Below, piece by piece: positions 9,226 through 17,337 of a stretch of 64,000 nucleotides of DNA. Position 1 is the stretch's first letter; each line of letters opens with the position of its first letter. A program made the position numbers and the translations under genes. The notes beneath the pieces are model-generated. The model searched no databases, was not told the DNA's origin, and worked only from the letters and a program-made list of their open reading frames with translations. The stretch spans positions 971 to 64,970 of the forward strand of contig JARGFW010000004.1 of the NCBI GenBank assembly GCA_029211085.1, read 5' to 3'. Source of the DNA: Deferrisomatales bacterium (GTDB taxonomy: Bacteria; Desulfobacterota; Deferrisomatia; Deferrisomatales; JARGFW01).

Positions 9226-9537
9226 TCAGTGTGTGCATTCGTACCGGCGCCGGGCGTCCTCGGTCGCGTCGAGGGTGTCCAGCACTTCGCCGATGGACGC
9301 GCCGCCCCGCCACCAGCACAGCGCCGGGGGGGTATCGATCGGAATTGACAGGTCCCCGTAGTCGTCGAGGCGGGGCCGGGTCAGCAGGGCTAAGAGCTCG
9401 GCCTTGAGCCGTCCAAGGTGCGGGGTGAGTTGTTCCACAGCCTCTTGAGGTCCCCTCAGCCCCACCCGGTCGCCAGCCGTGAGCACCTCGCACCCGAGGC
9501 GCCTCGCCTCTTTCAGAAAGTCCGCAGCGGTCGTCAT
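9226..9537 (-). CDS. hypothetical protein (N-terminus resembles TubC-N-type docking/ribbon motif)
   Basis: 103 aa beginning MTTAADFLKEARRLGCEVLTAGDRVGLRGPQEAVEQLTPHLGRLKAELLALL. ATG 9537 overlaps the stop of the upstream ATPase gene (ATGA). Confidence 0.55.
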   Translation of the reverse strand: MTTAADFLKEARRLGCEVLTAGDRVGLRGPQEAVEQLTPHLGRLKAELLALLTRPRLDDYGDLSIPIDTPPALCWWRGGASIGEVLDTLDATEDARRRYECTH

Positions 9538-11021
9538 ACCCACGACTCCGCCGCTCCGCCTAGAGGGAGGGGGTGCTGGACCGTTACAGCGTTACAACGT
9601 TGATTTGGCGCCGTTTCCTGCGGGTTCCCATCCGTTACAGCCTTTTCGGGTGTAACGGTTCGCTCTTCTCGTTTTTCCGCGCCAGTGCTGGGTTGTAACG
9701 GTGTAACGGTTGGAGACCCCTCGGACCCGAGGTAACGGCCGAAGGCGTCCTGGAAGTCGGCCTCCCGGTATCCGCGGAACACGTCAGAGCCGCTGCGCTC
9801 CAGGTGTGGGCGTATGTTGAACGGTCGGAGGAGGCGGGCGAGTTGCCGGACAGTGAGCGGCTTGCCGTGGTGCCACTCCGGCCAGGGCCGCTCCTCCAAG
9901 GTTGCAAGGTCCGTTACTGCCACGGCGGAGGGGAGCCGTGCCCCGTGCCGCCTGAAGAGGTCGCGGAGGTCTTGCAGCAGAAGCACGGCCGCGGCTTCGT
10001 CGCCGTCGTCGTCGCCTACAAGTTCCACCACCGCCGCCCGTGCCTTCGCCGGCCAGGTGCCCCCGAGGGTGTCGGCAATCGCTAACAGGGTCCGCCAGTT
10101 GTCCGCGGCGCGGTCGTTTAAGCCGGTCGGCACGGTAGGGTCCTCCCGTCGCAGCGCCCCCAGGTGGTCGTCAGCCCACCGGGCGCACCTCCTGGGAAGT
10201 GCTTCCAGGGCGTCGAGACGGTCCAGGCGCAGCCGCTCCACCACCTCCTCCGGCCGGCGCCTCCGCATCCTGATTTCTACGGCCCGGTCCATCAACGTGG
10301 GGTGCATTCGTCCTATCAATGCCACCACCTTGGGCGCCCACGTCGAGAATCGGCGTACCTCGTGATCGTCGCCCGCGACCCGCAGCACAAAGGCCGCGCC
10401 CCGGGTGTGCCCGCTGTTCAGAATGCCGCGGAGGTCCTCGGATTCCTTGAGGAAGGTGTCTGCTTCGTCGATCAAGAGGGTGGGCCGCCACTGCTCCGTT
10501 GCCCGAAAGAGGGCAGCCACGGTCACGTTTGCCACGGGCAGCGGGCGCCGGGTCAGGGCTCCCAGGAGGGAAAGGGCGGTTGTCTTACCGCACCGTTTTT
10601 CGGGGCTCGTGATAGCCAGAATGGGCGAGACGTGGGCCGCGTCGTGGGCGTGGCTGTGCAGCGTCCACAGGGTCAGGGCCACAGCCGCACCCGAGGGCAG
10701 TACAATATATCGGGAGAAGGTCGTTTCGAGCTCGGAGGCCAGCACGGCACCGTCCACAGGTGTGGGCCACGCCTCCGGGTCGCCAATGTCTACCGCGGAG
10801 CCCGTTAGCCTCTCGGAGCCCGCGGTCTTGGGCCGGCGCCGCTCCACTTCGGCGTCGAGGGTCGAGGCCCGGATTCCCAAGGTCTTCGCCGCGTCTTGCC
10901 GGCGCCGGTCGTACTCCAGCGCAGGGAGGTCGGTAAGTTCGGCCAGGAGGGCTTCGGTGTCCACCTCCGGGGCCGGCAGGTCCACCACCGGGGCAGCCAG
11001 GATCTCTTCGCCGGCAGTCAT
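9534..11021 (-). CDS. DUF3631-type P-loop ATPase (putative replicative helicase/Rep)
   Basis: Walker A SPEKRCGKT and Walker B LLIDEADTF, plus GILNSGHTRG and FSTWAPKVVALIG blocks typical of DUF3631. ATGA overlap with the primase stop. Confidence 0.8.
   Translation of the reverse strand: MTAGEEILAAPVVDLPAPEVDTEALLAELTDLPALEYDRRRQDAAKTLGIRASTLDAEVERRRPKTAGSERLTGSAVDIGDPEAWPTPVDGAVLASELETTFSRYIVLPSGAAVALTLWTLHSHAHDAAHVSPILAITSPEKRCGKTTALSLLGALTRRPLPVANVTVAALFRATEQWRPTLLIDEADTFLKESEDLRGILNSGHTRGAAFVLRVAGDDHEVRRFSTWAPKVVALIGRMHPTLMDRAVEIRMRRRRPEEVVERLRLDRLDALEALPRRCARWADDHLGALRREDPTVPTGLNDRAADNWRTLLAIADTLGGTWPAKARAAVVELVGDDDGDEAAAVLLLQDLRDLFRRHGARLPSAVAVTDLATLEERPWPEWHHGKPLTVRQLARLLRPFNIRPHLERSGSDVFRGYREADFQDAFGRYLGSEGSPTVTPLQPSTGAEKREERTVTPEKAVTDGNPQETAPNQRCNAVTVQHPLPLGGAAESWV
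9581..9709. repeat. Iteron cluster (putative satellite replication origin)
   Basis: The 8-mer CCGTTACA occurs at 9581 and 9632, with variant GCGTTACA at 9589. The inverse TGTAACGG occurs at 9651, 9694 and 9702 (the last two in tandem). All lie within the 3' end of the ATPase gene. Confidence 0.6.
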
Positions 11022-12148
11022 ACTGCCACCTCCCGCCGCTCAGTCTGGAGCGCGTTGAGGAAGTCGGTTCCCGGTTCCAGTGGAAGCGCCACCCGCACCA
11101 CCCGGCCCTCAGCCACTAGGCGCCGCGCTAGGTGTTCGGCAGCCCGTTGCCCCGCGCCGTTTTCGTCGTGGTCAGCGCAAACGAACACCTCCCGCGCCGC
11201 GGAGGGGAGCTCCACCCGTTCCAGCCCGCCGGCGGAGATTGCAGCCCAGCATGGCAACCCAGCCAACTGGTGGACGGCCAACGCGGTTTCGATGCCTTCG
11301 GCCACCGCCAGCCGATCGCCGTCGAGGGGATACAGGCGCACCGCTGCGCCGCGGGTTGCTCCGGGGTGTGTGGGCCACAACTTCCGGGGGGCAGGGACCG
11401 GGGCCTTGTTTCCGGGTCGCTCGGGGTCGAGGTAGGTCGCGTGCATTGCCACCGGGTCGCCGGTCGGGCCTACCACCCGGGCCAGCACCGCCGGATATGT
11501 GCCGACCACCGCGCCGTCGGTCCAGTAGGGCAAGGCGTGGTGGGTCCTCAGCGCGTCCGCCGCCAGCCCGCGCAAGTCGAGCCCGCGGGCTTGTAAGTAG
11601 GCGGCCGCGGCGTCGCCAGCCGCCAAGGGGCGGGCCTCCGCCCACAGGCGCCTCAGGCGTGCCACCTTGCCGGGGTTGGGTTGCGGGGTTGTCTCGGGTC
11701 GGGCTGGGGTCACGGTTGCCCGTGGTGGGGCAGGACGGCAGCCAGGGGCCAGCCCCAGGGCGTCGGCCACCGCGGACAGGGCCTCGGGGAAGGTCCAGTC
11801 GTTCGCCCACCGGAGCGCAGAGAATCCATCAGCGTAGGTGCCGCAGTTGTGGCACAGGAGGCCGCCCGTTCGGGCAATGTCGTTGAATCCCCGGCAGCGG
11901 TCTTTCCCACCACAAACGGGGCAAGGTCCGTGCTTCGGAGCCCGGGTCACCACTTCGGCCAGGTGTGGGGCGCAGCGTGGCAGGATATCCAGCCACCGGC
12001 CGCGGGCGTGGTCCTTCACCACCCGGGTGTCGAGGTGCTGGGTTGCTCCCCTGGGGGTCTTGCGGTAAACTGTTTTTGCAAGGTTGGTTGACGGCTTCGA
12101 GCGGCTCGGGATTCCCACGTCCCGGGCCGCGCCGTTTTTGGGGACCAC
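11018..12148 (-). CDS. DNA primase, P4-alpha-type zinc ribbon plus Toprim domain (ORF extends to 12295)
   Basis: Zinc ribbon CPVCGGKDRCRGF...LLCHNCG. Toprim region LAVAEGIETALAV...VCADHDENGAGQ. GTG 12148 overlaps the alpA stop (TAGTG). Confidence 0.8.
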   Translation of the reverse strand: MVPKNGAARDVGIPSRSKPSTNLAKTVYRKTPRGATQHLDTRVVKDHARGRWLDILPRCAPHLAEVVTRAPKHGPCPVCGGKDRCRGFNDIARTGGLLCHNCGTYADGFSALRWANDWTFPEALSAVADALGLAPGCRPAPPRATVTPARPETTPQPNPGKVARLRRLWAEARPLAAGDAAAAYLQARGLDLRGLAADALRTHHALPYWTDGAVVGTYPAVLARVVGPTGDPVAMHATYLDPERPGNKAPVPAPRKLWPTHPGATRGAAVRLYPLDGDRLAVAEGIETALAVHQLAGLPCWAAISAGGLERVELPSAAREVFVCADHDENGAGQRAAEHLARRLVAEGRVVRVALPLEPGTDFLNALQTERREVAV

Positions 12149-12372
12149 TAGCCCACCACGTGGGTGCGGGGCGACGTGATGGTGGACGCGCCGCGGGTCA
12201 GCAGCCAGGCTTCCACCTCGGAGCGGAGCCAGCCCACTGTGCCCGGGCTCAGTTGCCGCCGTGCAGGGAACTGCCCCAGCTTTTCCAACCGCCAAACCGT
12301 CGTTGACGATATGCCAGCTACTTCATGAATCACGCGGGGGCGGATGATCTCTTCGGGAATGTGTGGCGCCAT
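12148..12372 (-). CDS. alpA: AlpA-family phage regulatory protein / excisionase-like HTH
   Basis: IIRPRVIHEVAGISSTTVWRLEKLGQFPARRQLSPGTVGWLRSEVEAWL is the typical AlpA/Phage_AlpA motif. GGAGGG lies 7 nt before ATG 12372. Confidence 0.85.
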   Translation of the reverse strand: MAPHIPEEIIRPRVIHEVAGISSTTVWRLEKLGQFPARRQLSPGTVGWLRSEVEAWLLTRGASTITSPRTHVVG

Positions 12373-12475
12373 TCGTAGGCCCTCCATCGGTGTGAACGAT
12401 GGAGCAATCCTAGCGCCCTAATGGGGTGTAGGCAAGTGCAAGTGCTTGAAATGATTCAGGAAGTTGGACGTGCGC

Positions 12476-13090
12476 TTAGCGTGTGTCCAGTCCGTAAAAG
12501 GGGTGTGTCTGCATCGCGCGCCGCACGCTCTTGTCCACTGCTCCCGGCGTACTCTTCTTGAACTTGGCGAGTGTGCGGGCTCTTTTCCCGACCATCAGTC
12601 GGGCGTCGTCGTAGCTCAGCCCGCGGGCCTCGGCTTCGTCCAAGATCGGATGCAGGCGGGTGTCCCGCTCGGCTGCTTCTTTGGTGGGGTGTGTGTTCTT
12701 GCGGGCGTTGCTGGCCTTGACTGCGCGCAAGTCGAGCTCCGCCCCCAGGCGTTCCAGTATCGCCGCGTTGAACGCCGCAGCCGGCACGGGGTTAGCGACG
12801 TGGTCCCCCCTGTGCGAACAGAGCAACCCGTCAGCGCAGACGATGGCAGCGGCCGCCAGTGCGCCGCGGCTCGGGACACCTTCACGGAATGCCAGGCGCC
12901 CGGCTTCCATTTCCGCCTTGAACACCTCCCACGCCGCCACCATCTGCGCGTGCGCCGCTGCCTCCCACCCGGCAAGGGGGGTTGCCTCCCACCGCGCGAC
13001 GATTGAGGCCAGCAAGGCAGGGTAGTTTTCCTGCATCAAGACGATTTCGGGGACGTGGAAGTTGTCGAGGTTGCCGGGCTTGCCTTCCAT
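12476..13090 (-). CDS. hypothetical protein (orphan, between int and alpA)
   Basis: 204 aa. GGAGG lies 8 nt before ATG 13090. No family recognised. The C-terminus is basic. Confidence 0.55.
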   Translation of the reverse strand: MEGKPGNLDNFHVPEIVLMQENYPALLASIVARWEATPLAGWEAAAHAQMVAAWEVFKAEMEAGRLAFREGVPSRGALAAAAIVCADGLLCSHRGDHVANPVPAAAFNAAILERLGAELDLRAVKASNARKNTHPTKEAAERDTRLHPILDEAEARGLSYDDARLMVGKRARTLAKFKKSTPGAVDKSVRRAMQTHPFYGLDTR

Positions 13091-13195
13091 AGGCCGCACC
13101 TCCGCTAGGTGTCCGCAGTGTGAGAAGTCGCCCCCCCGGACCGGTGCGGAAACCGGGTGTTCCCTCCGTCGAGGTAGGGGGGGCGGGTCGTGTGT

Positions 13196-14488
13196 CTACC
13201 GTGCCTTGGCGAACTCCACCACGTTGTCGATCTTCGCCGCATCGCCCGCGACGATCCGGGCCAGGTACCGCCCCCAGGCGTCGAGGGCGCGGGTCTTTTC
13301 CGGCAGGTAGTCGAATAGGTCGTACACCTGCCGCGTCACGTGCTGCGGTGCGTGCCCCAGTAACATCGGCTTGATAAGCCCGCCCACCCCCGCGGCGCTC
13401 ATCATTGTGGCAGCGGTTCTGCGCAAGTCGTGAGGGGTGCAAGGCTGGATCTGGATGGGGTGCCGCTTCCTCTTGCCGTGTTTCTTTGGCGGGCCCAGAT
13501 CAGTTTCGCCGATATTGCGCCGCAGCCCCACTGAGAGCGCGTGTGTGGTCACGGGTGCTCCGCGGGGGCCGATAAACACCGGGCCGCTGTGCCCCTCCCG
13601 GTCGCCGATCAGGTCGAGGGCCAGGGTGGAGAGTGGGACCCCGTGGGTCTTGCCGTTCTTGCGCCGGGACGCCGGGATGATCCATATCACGCGCCCCTCG
13701 TGCACGGTCAACTCCTCATACTGCATCCCGGTCACCTCTCCGGGTCTTTGCGCGCAGACTAGAATCATGCGCAAGGCGTTCTTGACGGCACCGGATAGTT
13801 CGGTTGCGTCGAGTCCGGTCCAGAACTGCCGCACCTCCACATCGGTGAGCACGCGGTCTTTCGGTTTCTCCGCGGCCAAGGGTTCTATGCCGACCACCGG
13901 GTTAACGCGGACGATCCTCTTCCGCTTCGCCCACTTGAACATGGCACCGAGCACAGCCTTTAGCCGGTTGGCTGCCACGGGGGCGCCGCGGGCCTCCACA
14001 GCCTCAAGGAGTTCAATCAGCTCGTCTTGCGTAACATCGCCGGCCTTGAGTTCCCCTAGTACAGGAACCACGTCACTGGTCAGTTGCCGCCGGTACTCCT
14101 TCCACGTGCGCTCCCGCAGTTTCTTCTTCGCTTCCTCGTCAATGAACCGATCACATAGCGTGGCGACGGTTTCGGCGCCCCGCTGTGCCGCTCTCTGAGC
14201 GGCTGCCGTCGCCAGCTGCCGCCGTCTCACCTCTGCGGGGTCGATGCCATCACGCACCTGTGCGTGGGCCGCCTCATGGGCTTTGCGTGCCTCCCGCAAC
14301 GACACCGCCGGGTACTCGCCCAGAGTGAGCTGCTTTTTGGCGCCGTCGATGGAGTACGTATAGAGCCAGCTCCGCACGCCCGTGGGATAGATCATCAGGG
14401 CGAGCCCGCCGCCGTCTCGGAGTTGCCGGCGCCTGGCCCCAGGGGTTGCGGTGGTTCGCAGGTGGGAATCGGTCAGTTTCCGCTTCAT
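13196..14488 (-). CDS. int: tyrosine-type site-specific integrase, P4-like (DUF4102 N-terminal domain)
   Basis: N-terminus MKRKLTDSHLRTT...RQLRDGGGLALMIYPTGVRSWLYTYS. Catalytic region includes HDLRRTAATMM...LLGHAP...Y. GGAGG lies 5 nt before ATG 14488. The ORF extension to 14689 runs into AT-rich att DNA. Confidence 0.9.
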   Translation of the reverse strand: MKRKLTDSHLRTTATPGARRRQLRDGGGLALMIYPTGVRSWLYTYSIDGAKKQLTLGEYPAVSLREARKAHEAAHAQVRDGIDPAEVRRRQLATAAAQRAAQRGAETVATLCDRFIDEEAKKKLRERTWKEYRRQLTSDVVPVLGELKAGDVTQDELIELLEAVEARGAPVAANRLKAVLGAMFKWAKRKRIVRVNPVVGIEPLAAEKPKDRVLTDVEVRQFWTGLDATELSGAVKNALRMILVCAQRPGEVTGMQYEELTVHEGRVIWIIPASRRKNGKTHGVPLSTLALDLIGDREGHSGPVFIGPRGAPVTTHALSVGLRRNIGETDLGPPKKHGKRKRHPIQIQPCTPHDLRRTAATMMSAAGVGGLIKPMLLGHAPQHVTRQVYDLFDYLPEKTRALDAWGRYLARIVAGDAAKIDNVVEFAKAR

Positions 14489-14532
14489 CGGTGCCTCCGC
14501 AAACGGCGGCTTTTCCGTCAGGGGGTCACTTG

Positions 14533-14559
14533 AGCCGCCGTCTAAGCCGCCGTTTTGTG
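14533..14559 (+). repeat. Arm-type repeat copy 2
   Basis: AGCCGCCGTCTAAGCCGCC-g-TTTTGT, matching 6894-6920. Confidence 0.85.
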
Positions 14560-14693
14560 TCGGCTGGAGCTGAAATGGAAAGAAATGGTACGGGAGGAAG
14601 TATAGGCTGAAAATCCAGGAGTCGCAATAGGTTAGACAAGATGTATAGTCTTTTCTTGTCATTTCACAAAAGTGCAAGAAATACCCCAAAAAG

Positions 14694-14784
14694 CTGAATG
14701 GGGTTCAGGGGGTCGGAGGTTCGAATCCTCTCGTCCCGACCAGTACTATCAAGGGCTTACGGCGAATGCCGTAGGCCCTTTGTT
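14694..14784 (+). repeat. Direct repeat DR2 (attR of island 1 / attL of island 2): partial tRNA-Pro 3' half plus hairpin
   Basis: 52-nt perfect match to 6787-6838, then AAGGGCTTACGG-cgaatg-CCGTAGGCCCTT. There is no 5' half of a tRNA upstream. Confidence 0.95.
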
Positions 14785-15660
14785 GCGTTCTGGGGGCCCG
14801 GGGTTCTCTCTGGGCCATCTTTCGGCCCGAAGGCGGGTGACGGACCCCACGGCGTGTCGTCGACTCGTCCGATGGATCGGGTCGTCTTGCCGGGGCTGTC
14901 TTCGCCCCCTTCGACGAGCCCCGAACCGTACATGAGGAAGGCGACCCCACCGCTGAGGTCACCGCCGGTGTACCGGGAAACCCCTCTCGAAAACCAGGCG
15001 AGCCATTGCCCAAAGGCGCAGTGCCTCGCCGTGGGCCGTGCTTTGGAGGGAGGGTGCAGCCTGTCTCCTATCCCAGAGTGCGGCGCCAAAAACCTCCGAC
15101 CTATCCAAAGACAGGCTATGTCGGCACCTTCTTGCGGTGCAGACTCCGTTTGAATGGAGGTACCAATCTGGTACCCTGCTTCCTCCGGGGGAGCCTCGGT
15201 CCCGCCGAGGATTCCGGTGACGTGACAGCGTGGTTTGCTCCAGACTTCAGAGCGCAGCCGAGGAGTCGACTCCCGGATGAGCCGCGGAGGCCGTGAACCG
15301 GTGAAATACGAAGGCGCACAGCCCGGTGTCGGGGGAACTCCGCACAGAAAGGAGCACTTGATTAGCAAGGTACTGACGTTGGGATTGGCGGCGCTGACCG
15401 TATTGTTGCTGGGGGCGGCGGACAGCCCGTTGGTGGACGCCGAGGGAAGCGCCACGCAACGTCTCGCTGGCGCCGCGGTGACCTACACCTTCTAGGGCAA
15501 CGACGGGGCGTTTCTTCCGCCGGGGCCGACCGGTTTCGGGACTCTTTCCCGGAACGAACGATGCTGCCGATCTGGCGGCGGGGTCCACCCCAGGCGGACT
15601 CCGCCGCTTTTCGTGAACCGCTATGGGGCGCCAGCCGCCCCCATTGATACTGGAGGCTTG

Positions 15661-17316
15661 ATGGCCTGGAATCGTCTCGGTCTCGTGGTCACGGTGGCCT
15701 GCCTCTTGCGAGCCGCGTCGGTTGTGGCGGCGGAGCCGGTTGTGTCGCCGCCAGCCGTCTCCTTGGAGACGCCGACGCCCGCCCCCGTAGTGGTGTGGGG
15801 TCGAACCATCGCCGTCCTACGGGCGGCCTTCGAGGAGTCGAGCCCGAAAGATCGCGCCGAGCGGGCTGTGGCGAGGATGGGGGCCCTGCCGCCCCGGGGA
15901 GATCTGAAGGTCGTCACGGCCAATGCGAGTCGGGGCGGGATCTCCGGCATCATGATCGGCACGCAGACCGAGATGCTCTTCGCCTTGCTCCCGGGAGACG
16001 TGGACCCGGATTCCGGGCAGACCTTGGAGCAGTTCGCCGACCGGGCCGCAAAGACCCTGCAGGAGGTTCTCGGGGAGCGCGCGGCGCAGCTGCGCTGGTC
16101 CATACTCTTGCGCGGATTGGGTGTTTCGGCCGCGGCTACGATGGTCTTCGTCGGTCTCCTCTGGTCCGTGTGGCGGGTTCGCGAGGTGGCGATCCACCGG
16201 CTGGACCGGAGGATCGGCGCATCGCGACGGCGTCTGGCTCTCGCCGGGATCGACCTGATCCCGCTGCTGCTGGGGATCGAACGAGCGCTGCTCAAGCTCA
16301 CCGCGTTGGTCGTGATGCTGGCCGCCTCGTACGTATGGCTGACCTTCTGCTTCCAGCAGTTCTTCTACACCCAGCCCTGGGCGCGGCAGTTGGGCGCGTT
16401 TTTCCTGGGCATGCTGCGGGACTTCGCCCTGGGGATCGTGGGCGCGGTGCCCGGCCTCGTCGCCGTGCTCGTGATCTTCTGGCTAACGCGGATCGTCGCC
16501 GCCGGCGCTTCCCGGTTCTTCACCGGCGTGGAGCGGGGAACCATGACGGTCTCCTGGCTCAATCCGGACTCGGCACGCGCGTCGCGGCGCATCGTGCTCG
16601 CCGGGATATGGCTCTTCGCCGTGACGGTGGCGTATCCGTACATCCCCGGGTCGGGCAGCGACGCGTTCAAGGGTGTGAGCGTGTTCGCCGGCCTCATGCT
16701 CTCCCTCGGATCGAGCGGGTTCGTCAATCACCTCATGAGCGGCCTGGTGATCGCGTATTCGGGGGCCATGAGGGTGGGCGACTACGTCACGGTCGGGGCC
16801 GTCGAGGGTACGGTGCAGGACCTGGGTCCCATGACCACCAAGATCGCCACGCCGAAGCGGGAGGCCGTGGCCATCCCCAACGGCGTGGTGGTAGGAGCGA
16901 GCGTCACCAACTACACCCTGCTGGCCGGCAGGGACGGGGCCATCGTCTCCACCACGATCACCATCGGCTACGATACCCCTTGGCGCCAGGTTCACGCCCT
17001 CCTGTTGCAGGCTGCGGGCCGAACAACCGGGATCAGGCAGTTGCCGGCTCCCTTTGTTCTCCAGAGGGCCCTGTCGGACTTCTACGTCGAGTACGAGCTA
17101 CGCTTCGCCATCGACCGGCCGGTGGAGCGGGCGCCGGTCCTGTCGGAACTCCACGCCGCCATCCAGGACGCCTTCAACGCGGCGGGCGTGCAGATCATGT
17201 CCCCCAACTTCGAAACGCAGCCGGAACAGCCGGTGCTCGTGCCCAGAGACCAGTGGTACGCCGCGCCGGCAGCGCCGCCGGAGACCGTCGATGCCGCGGA
17301 CCGTCCTGCGCGTTGA
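15661..17316 (+). CDS. mechanosensitive ion channel family protein (MscS-like)
   Basis: Multiple TM segments, then the MscS beta-domain signature MRVGDYVTVGAVEGTVQDLGPMTTKIATPKREAVAIPNGVV. GGAGG lies 4 nt before ATG 15661 (the ORF begins at GTG 15613). Confidence 0.85.
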   Translation: MAWNRLGLVVTVACLLRAASVVAAEPVVSPPAVSLETPTPAPVVVWGRTIAVLRAAFEESSPKDRAERAVARMGALPPRGDLKVVTANASRGGISGIMIGTQTEMLFALLPGDVDPDSGQTLEQFADRAAKTLQEVLGERAAQLRWSILLRGLGVSAAATMVFVGLLWSVWRVREVAIHRLDRRIGASRRRLALAGIDLIPLLLGIERALLKLTALVVMLAASYVWLTFCFQQFFYTQPWARQLGAFFLGMLRDFALGIVGAVPGLVAVLVIFWLTRIVAAGASRFFTGVERGTMTVSWLNPDSARASRRIVLAGIWLFAVTVAYPYIPGSGSDAFKGVSVFAGLMLSLGSSGFVNHLMSGLVIAYSGAMRVGDYVTVGAVEGTVQDLGPMTTKIATPKREAVAIPNGVVVGASVTNYTLLAGRDGAIVSTTITIGYDTPWRQVHALLLQAAGRTTGIRQLPAPFVLQRALSDFYVEYELRFAIDRPVERAPVLSELHAAIQDAFNAAGVQIMSPNFETQPEQPVLVPRDQWYAAPAAPPETVDAADRPAR

Positions 17317-17337
17317 GGATGACCCGTTCCCTGCGGA

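Larger units (their letters stand above)
6787..14745. mobile_element. Integrated ~7.9 kb phage-satellite-like element (PICI/P4-like) in tRNA-Pro
   Basis: Flanked by 52-bp perfect direct repeats. All genes are on the minus strand: int, orphan, alpA, primase, DUF3631 ATPase, two small ORFs, terS, S49 protease, coiled-coil protein. No terL, portal, capsid or tail genes are present. Confidence 0.8.

Noticed and set aside
9581-9709. CRISPR-like array
   Set aside because: The repeats are only 8 nt, occur in both orientations and have irregular spacing, all inside a CDS. This is an iteron-type arrangement, not CRISPR. No CRISPR array was seen anywhere in the window.
14489-14689. 67-codon N-terminal extension of the integrase ORF
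   Set aside because: It runs through AT-rich att-arm DNA (MGYFLHFCEMTRKDYTSCLTYCDSWIF…). ATG 14488 has a GGAGG SD and matches the usual P4-integrase N-terminus (MKRKLTDSHL…).
15230-15350. Riboswitch (cobalamin-like 'ccggtgaaat', or other)
   Set aside because: There is only a short resemblance to the GGTGAAA element. No B12 box or GCCACTG core is present, and I could not fit any riboswitch consensus from memory.
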